A stretch of 64,000 nt of DNA. Origin: Phycisphaerae bacterium (GTDB lineage: Bacteria > Planctomycetota > Phycisphaerae > UBA1845 > Fen-1342). Under the pieces are notes generated by a model, which worked only from the letters and a program-made list of their open reading frames with translations, did not search any database and had not been told where the DNA came from. Positions 40,193 through 48,778 of this stretch are shown piece by piece. The stretch's first letter is position 1, and every line of letters begins with the position of its first letter. Made by a program: the position numbers and the translations under genes. The stretch covers positions 96,001-160,000 of the forward strand of contig CAXXWX010000019.1 in assembly GCA_963675745.2 (NCBI GenBank). The letters are read 5' to 3'.

Positions 40193-41167
40193 TCAGCCGC
40201 CTCTTGTCCGAGCCACGGCGTGACGCTCGAACAGCCGCGCGGCCAGCGTGTGGACGTAGTCCCGCCCCTTTGCGGAGTTCTCCAGTCCTTCATACCAGTC
40301 GGCCGGGATCGCTTCGACGCCGTGCAGTGCCCCGGCGATCGCGCCCGTCATCGCGCCGATCGTGTCGGTGTCGCCGCCGAGCATGACGGCGTACGCGACG
40401 GCCTGCTCAAACGAGTCATGGTGCGCAAGGAACGCGTAGATTGCCGCCGGTACCGAGCCGTGGGCGCGGATGTCGTTGCCCAGATCCGCCACCACACGGT
40501 CGACTGTCGGTTCGGCGTCAAGCAGGCTGCCAATGCTCGCCAGCCTCCGGGTAAACTCGTCCGCGTCGGGGCGTACGAACGCCACCAACTGACCCAGGAA
40601 GCCGACGGGATCGAATTCGCCGAGTTGGGTGCGAACCGCAAGCGCCACGGCACACGCCTGCAACGCCGCGCCCTCCTTGCCGAGCGCGTGGGCGTGGGTG
40701 ATGGCTGCCGACCCTTCCGCCGCACGCCTGAGTTCTGCAAGGTCGTGGTGATGGAACGCGCCAACCGGGGCGACACGCATTGCGGCACCGTTGCCGAACG
40801 ATCCGTCGGGGAAGACGAGCGTCGCCGCCTGGCCCCAGGGATAGCCCTGACGTAGCGCGGCGAGGACGTGGTGCGCCCCAGCTCCGTAGCCGCGGAACGG
40901 CTCGTAGTTCTCGGCAAACCGCCGAGCCATGTCCGCGCCGTCGAACTGGCCCCTTTCGACGAGTGACTCCGTCACGCCAATCATCATCTGCGTGTCGTCG
41001 GTGTAGCGGCTCCGGCGAATCCAACCAGCCGTGTCGTCGGTGTCTGTGCCCAATCGCGCGGCCACCACCTCGTGGGGCTGGCCCTCGAAGGGCGCGCCGA
41101 GCATGTCGCCGACCATCGTGCCGAGCAGCGCACCGGCGAAGCGTGATTCCAGAGATGCGGTCGACAT
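40193..41167 (-). CDS. ADP-ribosylglycohydrolase (DraG/ARH family)
   Basis: GDMLG, YTDDTQM, GNGAAMR, ITH, GGDTDTIG. Confidence 0.93.
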   Translation of the reverse strand: MSTASLESRFAGALLGTMVGDMLGAPFEGQPHEVVAARLGTDTDDTAGWIRRSRYTDDTQMMIGVTESLVERGQFDGADMARRFAENYEPFRGYGAGAHHVLAALRQGYPWGQAATLVFPDGSFGNGAAMRVAPVGAFHHHDLAELRRAAEGSAAITHAHALGKEGAALQACAVALAVRTQLGEFDPVGFLGQLVAFVRPDADEFTRRLASIGSLLDAEPTVDRVVADLGNDIRAHGSVPAAIYAFLAHHDSFEQAVAYAVMLGGDTDTIGAMTGAIAGALHGVEAIPADWYEGLENSAKGRDYVHTLAARLFERHAVARTRGG

Positions 41168-41224
41168 GTTCAGACTCCGTCCGTCATCAACCCGCCCAGC
41201 TCCGGGCACTGTCGCCGCTCGACG

Positions 41225-42196
41225 TCAACGTTGCCCTGCTGCCCGCCGACTGGCGACAAGCAGATCATCGGCGATCTCAAGCAGGCCGTCTGCGTTCTCG
41301 ACATTCTCCCGCCACCGAGCGGGAATCGCGTCCAGACCGTTGTACGCGCCGCTGATCGCACCGGCGATACACGCAATGCCGTCCGAATCCCCAACGGTGT
41401 TGGCCCCCGTCAGCACTGTCTCGCCGTAGTCGCCGGGCGTCCGGCAGAAGCAGTACAGGGCGCTGGCAACCGCCTCGTCGCCGATCCATGCCTCACCTAG
41501 AACACCGCTTCTGAGGACGTCGTCGGGTGGCTTGGCGAGCACGACCGGCACACGCTCAATCAGGCTTACGATCTCATCGTTGTCCTCCATCGACCGCAAT
41601 ACGCCAATCAGCCGGGTTGGGTACTCTCGGGGGTCGTCCCCGAGCAGCGCCCAAGCCACCGGTAAAGCCGCACCGGCGGCGGCGGCGAGCGCCGTCGAAT
41701 GCCCATGGGTGAGCAGCGAGCTAGCGCGCGCGACTTCGATGAGCTTCAATTCGTCGTCGTGGTAGAACGGGCCGATGGGAGCCGTCCGCATCGCACTGCC
41801 GCAACCCTTCGACCCCGTCACGCCCGCTTCACGCCACGGGATGCCCGCTTCTAGGTTCTCGCAGCCGGTTCGGCACGTATGACCCGGCGCGCGGTCGTTG
41901 TCGGGTGAGTTGTTCCAGCGCACAGACTCCTCCGCCATCACGCCCATGAGTTCATCAAGAGGCTGATGCCCAACTCGAATGAGCGCCCGAGCAACCGCCA
42001 GGCTCATCTGGGTATCGTCGGTGTACGTCCCGGCCGGGTGCCGGTCCGGTTCGAAATCCGTCACGCCGTCGGGGCCGAACTTCTCGCGAATAGCATCCAG
42101 CGATATCAGGAACTCCGTCGGACGCCCGAGAGCGTCGCCGACGGCCAGGCCGATGACCGCGCCTTGAAACCGGCTCAGCATGTCAGGCGTCGTCAT
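41225..42196 (-). CDS. ADP-ribosylglycohydrolase (DraG/ARH family)
   Basis: GDALG, YTDDTQM, GCGSAMR, LTH, GDSDG. Confidence 0.93.
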   Translation of the reverse strand: MTTPDMLSRFQGAVIGLAVGDALGRPTEFLISLDAIREKFGPDGVTDFEPDRHPAGTYTDDTQMSLAVARALIRVGHQPLDELMGVMAEESVRWNNSPDNDRAPGHTCRTGCENLEAGIPWREAGVTGSKGCGSAMRTAPIGPFYHDDELKLIEVARASSLLTHGHSTALAAAAGAALPVAWALLGDDPREYPTRLIGVLRSMEDNDEIVSLIERVPVVLAKPPDDVLRSGVLGEAWIGDEAVASALYCFCRTPGDYGETVLTGANTVGDSDGIACIAGAISGAYNGLDAIPARWRENVENADGLLEIADDLLVASRRAAGQR

Positions 42197-42329
42197 GGTT
42201 GGGGCTCCCTGGTCTGCTCTGGCAGCTGCCGGTGCTGTAGCGCGTTCCTGCTTAATAAACGCAACAAAACGCGTACTATCATAGGGGAGCTTATCTATTG
42301 GCTATCCCGATCCCTGCCAATAGGCAAGC

Positions 42330-42710
42330 CTACAGCAAGACGCCGGGGGCCTTGGGCCAGTTCGCCACGATCTGGACAACCTCCCGCACCCACGCACATT
42401 CGCACTGGACAGGGCACCGCTTCAATTCCTCGCGGCGCAGACAATACGTAGGGCATTCGTCAGTTCCCGTCATACGCTTCGCAAAAACGGGGCCATCGTA
42501 CAGGTCCACGAACTCGCCTACGTGGACGGCGAGCGTTCCCTCACACGAGTGATTGAACAGCAAGTGTCCTGCCACCAGGTCATCGAAAGAGGCTTGATAG
42601 CCGACTATCTCAACACTCGAATCGGCTAGAAAACCCTCGCGCTCTGCCCACAGAAAGCCGCACATCGGGCAGCGCTTGAATACGGAAGGCTCTTGCTGAG
42701 TTGAAACCAC
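42330..42710 (-). CDS. Small Cys-rich putative metal-binding protein
   Basis: CPMC, FNHSC, CPTYC, CPVQCEC; start uncertain. Confidence 0.6.
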   Translation of the reverse strand: MVSTQQEPSVFKRCPMCGFLWAEREGFLADSSVEIVGYQASFDDLVAGHLLFNHSCEGTLAVHVGEFVDLYDGPVFAKRMTGTDECPTYCLRREELKRCPVQCECAWVREVVQIVANWPKAPGVLL

Positions 42711-42918
42711 GGCAGCCTCATCTCTCACGGAGATGTCCCGTGTGCTGCAGCCATCACGCTGATTGTACCAGAACCGCCGTATCAAGCGCCGCCGCGAATG
42801 GTGATCACACCTGGCAGCAACGCCGCGGCCGTGAGTGTTCCTCGTAGCCGACGTCTGGCGATCATTGCCGCGTGGGCCGCAACCCGTCGACCCAATGTTC
42901 CCGTAACGGAGATTCGCC

Positions 42919-44502
42919 ATGCCGAACGACCCATTCTGCGCCCAGATTGTCGACTACGTTCTGAGCGGGCACGCGTTCCTGCATTGCCCAACGACTGAGA
43001 AGACCCGCTTTCTGGCCGAGCTGAAGACCGTTGCCGAGGCCCTGCCCGAAGGTGGCCGTACTGTCTTCGTGTGGTCGCACGCCACCGGATGGCGTGACGC
43101 CGACGGCAACCCCGCCAAGTCCGCATCCGGTACCGACTTCGGCCAACCGGACCCGCAGGCTGTCGCGCAGCAGATCCTCGATCTGCCTGAGAACGCTATC
43201 TTCACATTGATGGGCTTTGGCCACTACATCCAACACAAAACGTACTCCTATGCCGATGTCGTTGTTGCTTGGTTGTGTGAGATCCGCGACGTGCTGGCGG
43301 CCACGGGGCGTACCGTCATCTTCCTCGGCCCCGAGTTCGACGTGCCGCCCGCCCTGGCCAACGACGTAACGACAGTCGAGTTCCCGTTGCCGGACGACGG
43401 TGCTATCGAGCAGAGCGTGAAGTTCGTCATGGACGGCCATGAATTCGACGAAACCGCGGTGCCCCTCATCGTCGGGGCCTGCCGCGGCATGACGCAGCAG
43501 CAGGTCGAGGATCGCGTGGCGTTGGCGTTGAGGAAGTTCAAGACACTAAACGGCGATGCGGCCAAGCTTATCTTGAATGAGAAGGCCGAGGTCCTCCGTC
43601 GCAGCGGCCTGCTCAAGTACCAGGAGCCTCCGGAGGGCGGCCTGACCCAGATCGGAGGTGCCGACGCCATCAAGGAGCACATTCGACGCGATAAGGCGTG
43701 TTTCACACCTGAAGCGAAGGCATTCGGGATCGATACGCCGCGTGGCCTCATGCTCACCGGCATCTCGGGTTGCGGCAAGACGGCGATCTCTCTCGCCGCC
43801 GCCGCCGAATTAGGCGTGCCGCTGATCCAGTTCGACGTCGGCAACATGATGAGCAAATGGGTCGGCGAGAGCGAGGGCAATACCCGTAACGCGTTACGAC
43901 AGGTGGAGGCGATGGCCCCCTGCGTGTTGCAGATCGACGAAGTCGAAAAGGGCTTCGGCACCGTGGGCGGCGACGGCGACAGCGGGGCCAGCCTGCGGAC
44001 GTTCGGTACGTTGCTCAAGTGGATGAGCGAGCGAACCTGCCCCGTGTACATCGTCATGACCGCCAATGACGTCTCGAATCTGCCGCCGGAGTTCACGCGA
44101 AAGGGCCGGATCGACGAGATCTTCGGCGTCTGCCTGCCGACGCCCGAGGAACGCCGGGAGATCTTCGCCATTCACCTGCGGCTGCGGCAGCGTGACCCAG
44201 AGATGTCTGATCTGGATGCTCCGGTGGCGGCGACCGACGCGTACACCGGGGCCGACATCGAGCAGGTGGTGGTCACCGGCCTCAAGCTGGCGTTTCACGA
44301 CAGCAAAGAGTTGACCACCGAGCATCTGTTGCAGGCCGCACCAGAGGTTCGGCCGCTGTCGCAGACCGACCCTGAGCGGGTGGCTGCGATGACGGAGTGG
44401 TTGAACGGCCACGCGAAGCCCGCGAGCAGTGTAGGGCCAGGCAACGACGGGCGGGCCACCAATACGAATGGGCGGAAGCCACGTCGGTCATCGCGCAACT
44501 GA
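42919..44502 (+). CDS. Ycf46-like AAA+ ATPase
   Basis: GISGCGKT, IDEVEK, TAN, LPPEFTRKGRIDE; degenerate N-terminal AAA domain. Confidence 0.88.
   Translation: MPNDPFCAQIVDYVLSGHAFLHCPTTEKTRFLAELKTVAEALPEGGRTVFVWSHATGWRDADGNPAKSASGTDFGQPDPQAVAQQILDLPENAIFTLMGFGHYIQHKTYSYADVVVAWLCEIRDVLAATGRTVIFLGPEFDVPPALANDVTTVEFPLPDDGAIEQSVKFVMDGHEFDETAVPLIVGACRGMTQQQVEDRVALALRKFKTLNGDAAKLILNEKAEVLRRSGLLKYQEPPEGGLTQIGGADAIKEHIRRDKACFTPEAKAFGIDTPRGLMLTGISGCGKTAISLAAAAELGVPLIQFDVGNMMSKWVGESEGNTRNALRQVEAMAPCVLQIDEVEKGFGTVGGDGDSGASLRTFGTLLKWMSERTCPVYIVMTANDVSNLPPEFTRKGRIDEIFGVCLPTPEERREIFAIHLRLRQRDPEMSDLDAPVAATDAYTGADIEQVVVTGLKLAFHDSKELTTEHLLQAAPEVRPLSQTDPERVAAMTEWLNGHAKPASSVGPGNDGRATNTNGRKPRRSSRN
43885..43898. 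repeat. Palindrome CGTAACGCGTTACG (copy 3), inside the AAA gene
   Basis: Exact match to copies 1 and 2. Confidence 0.9.
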
Positions 44503-44527
44503 CTGAGAGATTGCTCCGTGGGGACAA

Positions 44528-45280
44528 TCAGATGATCCCATCATCCTGAGCCCAATCATGTTCGTCGTACGACGCGAAGATCGCCGCGTCCAGCACGCAA
44601 GGATAGACACGACACGTCCGGCACAACGCCTGCACGCCGTTCAGCACAAAACCGTAGTAGTTGGCGTCTGACAGGCCGGCCGCGGTCAGTTTCACGGGGA
44701 ACCCCAAATCGTTGAGCCACTTCGTGATCCGGCTGTCCAAGGGGATTTCGTAGCGGGTGAGCCCCGCCGACTGGAGCAGGTTGCGCGCCTGCTTGGGACC
44801 GAACCCTGCGAGATGGTTGACGACAAACTCAGCCGCCGCACGCTCCGTGGCAACGTCGCCGCCGGGCTCCAACCGCCGCACCCAGCACATCGTTTCCTTC
44901 CACAACCCGCCCTCCAGCTGATGCAGGTTCTCCGTGACCTCGGCTGCAATCCGCTTCCATCGACGGAGGCCACCGAACTGTCTCAGTGTTCGTTCCGAGA
45001 AACCCGTAAGGTCGGTCCGCGCCATGCACGTGGCGTAGCTCAGGGGGAATGGCGTCTCGTTCATGAACCGCGTCACGGCAGAGTCGGGGCCTGACCGTTG
45101 CTGTGTCGTTAGAAGGCAGGATACGAGACGGAACCACAACCGGGGTTTCGTCACTTTCGGCCGATCGCGCTGTACGTTCATTTTGATACGGTTCTGAACG
45201 AAGCATCTGTGCTTCTGCTCGCTCAGTAGGTCACGGACGCGTCGCACATCTTGCGCGCTGATACGCCAGATGATCCTCAT
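44528..45280 (-). CDS. Hypothetical protein with helix-hairpin-helix motif (DNA glycosylase-like fold?)
   Basis: CLLTTQQ, LAGFGPKQARN, IPLDSRI, LDAAIF. Confidence 0.55.
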   Translation of the reverse strand: MRIIWRISAQDVRRVRDLLSEQKHRCFVQNRIKMNVQRDRPKVTKPRLWFRLVSCLLTTQQRSGPDSAVTRFMNETPFPLSYATCMARTDLTGFSERTLRQFGGLRRWKRIAAEVTENLHQLEGGLWKETMCWVRRLEPGGDVATERAAAEFVVNHLAGFGPKQARNLLQSAGLTRYEIPLDSRITKWLNDLGFPVKLTAAGLSDANYYGFVLNGVQALCRTCRVYPCVLDAAIFASYDEHDWAQDDGII

Positions 45281-45310
45281 CGTAAGCTCACCTTCCAGAA
45301 GGAGGCCACC

Positions 45311-46285
45311 ATGACTACAATCGCCGCGCCCAGTGTACCCCCGGCATCGATCGCCGAGGACATCGGGCCAATCAACCTCTACAAACTCGGCATGCTGTTC
45401 GTGATCAAGTGCCGCTATTGGTCTTGCCGGGCTGGCAACGACGCTGACGACCTGGAACTCAGCTCGGACCGGATCGACGCCAAGGCCATTGCCTCGTTCG
45501 GCACCAAGGATCTGCTCGACCCGATCATGACCCGCAAACGATTCCAGCAGATCGAGAAGAAGGCTCGGCATGCATTGGAAAAGCACTCGCGGCCGTTCGC
45601 CGCCGCCAACGCTCATTTCGTGCCCTGGAACCACGTTCAGGCGGTCATCGAGCAACTGGAGGCCCTGCGGACCGAGTTCGACGAGGCCACGCAGCAGTTC
45701 ATCGCCGCCTACCCGGCCCTGCGCGCCGAGTGGCAGGCTCTGCACCCTGGGATCCCCGATGCGTGCTACCCGTTGCCCATGGCGCTGCCCGCCAAGTTCT
45801 GCTTGTCCTGGCACGCGTTCAAGGTGACCGGTGCTCCGGAGTTGACGCCGGTAGAGGACATCGAGATGGAGCTGGAGCAGCGGCGGGCTCGCGACGAGCA
45901 GGTCCAGTTGATGGAGCAGAACCTCCACCGCGAGTGCCAGCAGTTCGTCGAGCAGTATATTCTGGGTTTTCGCGGGGAGGTGGCCGAGTTCTGCGACCAG
46001 GTGATTACTCAGAAAGGCCAGGTCCACGGCAAAACGCTCACCGCCATCCGCGACCGCATCGATCGCTTCAACGCCATGAACGTCTTCGGCGACGCTGATG
46101 CGGCGGTGAAGCTCACGCAGCTCAAGCAGCAGATCGCCGGGCTAACCGGGCAGAATCTCGCGCAGCAGCCCGCTGTCGCCGCCAAGCTGAGCCAGGCGTG
46201 CCAGATGCTCAAGAACCACATCCTGAATCGCGACGCCGTCAGCCAGCTTACGGGACGGTTGAAGCGGCGGGTGGTGTTGGATTGA
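45311..46285 (+). CDS. DUF3150-like protein
   Basis: AAGGAGG RBS; W...L....I......FGTK.L.DP pattern, helical; next to an AAA ATPase. Confidence 0.6.
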   Translation: MTTIAAPSVPPASIAEDIGPINLYKLGMLFVIKCRYWSCRAGNDADDLELSSDRIDAKAIASFGTKDLLDPIMTRKRFQQIEKKARHALEKHSRPFAAANAHFVPWNHVQAVIEQLEALRTEFDEATQQFIAAYPALRAEWQALHPGIPDACYPLPMALPAKFCLSWHAFKVTGAPELTPVEDIEMELEQRRARDEQVQLMEQNLHRECQQFVEQYILGFRGEVAEFCDQVITQKGQVHGKTLTAIRDRIDRFNAMNVFGDADAAVKLTQLKQQIAGLTGQNLAQQPAVAAKLSQACQMLKNHILNRDAVSQLTGRLKRRVVLD

Positions 46286-46841
46286 CGCGCGTGCGCCGAG
46301 CGCATGCCCATCAACTCGCTTCCAAGGAGTCCGTCATAAATACCACCACCACCGCGCCGAACACACTGCGACTCGGCGGCCTGCTGCTGGAGCAGGTCAC
46401 ACCAGCGAGCGATGTTCTGATCGCCCGCACTGAACATTGCAGGTGCGCCGCATCACGTCACCCTCGTGCAAGTCCAAGACGTCGACGACGATGGCGGAGT
46501 TCGACAAGTCGCCGTCCACGATCCGGACGCCCAGTTCAGCAACTTCGCGGGGGCTGATCCGGGAGGCGACGGCCCGTTCTGTACTCTCACTATTCCGGGA
46601 TGTCCGGGCGAGTGGGTGCTGCTGATCTCGCCGTTCTGCCGGTAGAACCCGCAGCGTTAATCAGCCAGGGTACGGCCCAGCAGCTGGATGTGACGGCCAC
46701 GCTGAGTCAAGCGTGTCAGGAATGCCCTCCGACGCCTGCCGAGATTAGTCGAGCCGCCGCGGTATAATGAACATGCCCGCCTGCAGAACTGGCTACCGGG
46801 CGTACCGTACGGCAACCGCCGGAGGAGGCCAGGACGACGCA

Positions 46842-47708
46842 ATGCGACAGACCGCACCCGCTACGGCTCTCGCGACGATGATCCTCACCGGCGGGCTTGT
46901 GGCTCCAGCCGCCGGGCAGGGTCCACAGTTTCTGCCAGCACAGCACGTCGGTACCGTCCAACATGCCTCAATCGACGAGGCGTCCGGACTGGCAGCCAGC
47001 CGCGCAAACCCCGGTGTGCTGTGGGTCCACAACGACTCGGGCGATACGGCCCGTGTTTTCGCGATGAACGTCCAGGGCACGCACCTGGGCATCTACAACC
47101 TCAGCGGCGCGTCGGCCACTGACTGGGAAGACACGGCGGTCGGCCCCGGGCCGGTCGAGGGTCAATCATACCTCTACCTCGGCGACATCGGCGACAACAA
47201 CGCTGTGCGGTCCACCATCCGCGTGTACCGTGCTCCCGAACCTGCCGTCAGTCCGTCGCAGCCACCCGTGAATGTCGACCTGTCGGACGTCGCCACGACC
47301 ACGCTCCAGTACCCGGACGGCCCGCGCGACGCCGAGACGCTGATGATTGATCAGGCGACCGCGGACCTGTACATCGTCTCCAAGCGCGAGACGCCCTCGC
47401 GGCTCTATCGGGCCGCGTTCCCGCAATCGACGAGCGAGACGATCTGCTTCCACGGGACGGGCCGCGGCTACTACACGGTTAGCGAAGGATCCTCCCAGCC
47501 CATTTACTACTACGAGCGCGTACCCGAGCCCGGAGACCTCGACAGCGATGGCGACGTCGATGTTGGTGATTCCGTAGTCCTGGCGGACTGCCTCTCCGGG
47601 CCGGCCGCGGTTCCCGCACTCGGCTGCGAGGACGCTGATCTGACCACCGACAGCGACGTCGACGTGGCCGACCTCGCGAAATTCCAGCAGCTACTCATTG
47701 GACCCTGA
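46842..47708 (+). CDS. Secreted beta-propeller-like protein with VPEP + dockerin-like tail, probably internally deleted
   Basis: EASGL, HNDSG, DWED, GDIGDN, DAE motifs; VPEPGDLDSDGDVD tail. Confidence 0.7.
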   Translation: MRQTAPATALATMILTGGLVAPAAGQGPQFLPAQHVGTVQHASIDEASGLAASRANPGVLWVHNDSGDTARVFAMNVQGTHLGIYNLSGASATDWEDTAVGPGPVEGQSYLYLGDIGDNNAVRSTIRVYRAPEPAVSPSQPPVNVDLSDVATTTLQYPDGPRDAETLMIDQATADLYIVSKRETPSRLYRAAFPQSTSETICFHGTGRGYYTVSEGSSQPIYYYERVPEPGDLDSDGDVDVGDSVVLADCLSGPAAVPALGCEDADLTTDSDVDVADLAKFQQLLIGP

Positions 47709-48093
47709 GAGAATTGCGGTGGAGAGCCTCACCACGCGGCATGCCTGGTCAAGTGCGTCGGCAACGCTTTGCGCTGGTGCATAACCCCGGGAACTCCCTG
47801 CGGCGCTTGTCGCCACCGAGGCCGTCCTGGCCTGCCGTCGCACGAATGTATCCGCTTGCGTGTCGGACACCCTCGGCGACCTCCGTATCGCGACGGGCAC
47901 GCGGTCTGCCTGCCTTGTCGGGTTTGCGATACCCGTTGTCCGTCGCGGACGCAGCCGGTTGCCCGATGGTCACGGAACCTCAGCGGCGGGGGCAGCATCT
48001 GAACGGTGGTCGGGCACCTGCCAACCGGGTAGGTCAGTCATCCCCGGTTCGGCGGCACACGGAGAAGGGCTGCCCCCACCTGAGGTGGGGGTG

Positions 48094-48123
48094 GTCGAAC
48101 AGGATATGTTCAGCTTGGGAAGC
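48094..48123 (-). other. Degenerate tRNA-Gly(CCC) fragment, possible old att site
   Basis: Minus strand GCTTCCCAAGCTGAA...GTTCGA resembles an anticodon arm to T-loop. Confidence 0.45.
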
Positions 48124-48778
48124 GAGGATCAGCCCCTGACCGATGGCTCTCAAAGCACTGCACTTTAGGGAGGTTAGCGTGATTCGTGGACTTCGCAAGC
48201 TGGCGCATTTTGACGCGTTTCGGCGCGTCTTGTGGCAGCACTACCACTTTAGGCACCCCGGCGCTCGGGCGCTCCCGCCCTGGCGCGCGGTCGCGTACAG
48301 CACCAGGCCGCTGCGTGCCTCCGCCGCGGTTTACAAAACCGCTGGCTAGATCCGTAACCAACGAATACACAGCGAGTTATGGCGAAATCGAATCGCCCGC
48401 CCGCTCATGCCCCGCAGTTCGTCTCCGAATGACGCTGAAGACAGCGAGTTGTCGCGCGTCATTGCCGCATGTCACCACAGCCGAGGCCCCGCCGATGCGA
48501 GCCTCAGCCGGGTTCCTGGTGACGGAGTATACGGGGCAGGCGCTGGCTGACGGTTGAGTACCCGCCGGCTTGTGGGGTGTACGTGAACGGCCGAGCTTCT
48601 CGATACGTGCATTGCCAGATTCGATTCGGGTGGGTCCGTTACACACCCGGCGGAAGTCCACTGAAGTTCGTGCGGTGCGTGTGTTCGTACGCCTCATGTA
48701 CCGGTGCCAACCGGTTGCCACCGGCCAGCCCCAATGGCTTGCGCGCTGCTCGCGTCAATTGTCACTGCTCGACAGGCG

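Noticed and set aside
45281..46027. 499-aa version of the minus-strand ORF
   Set aside because: The extension is the antisense shadow of the DUF3150-like gene; the likely start is 45280
46330..46645. Possible small gene after DUF3150
   Set aside because: AAGGAG RBS but no intact start and apparent frameshifts; product unrecognisable
25534..48000. Intact prophage or ICE
   Set aside because: No structural, packaging, relaxase or T4SS genes recognised and no firm second att
48010..48024. tcgggcacct(g)ccaa as a second att matching the tRNA-Ser 5' end
   Set aside because: Only 10 contiguous identical bases in GC-rich DNA; compatible with chance
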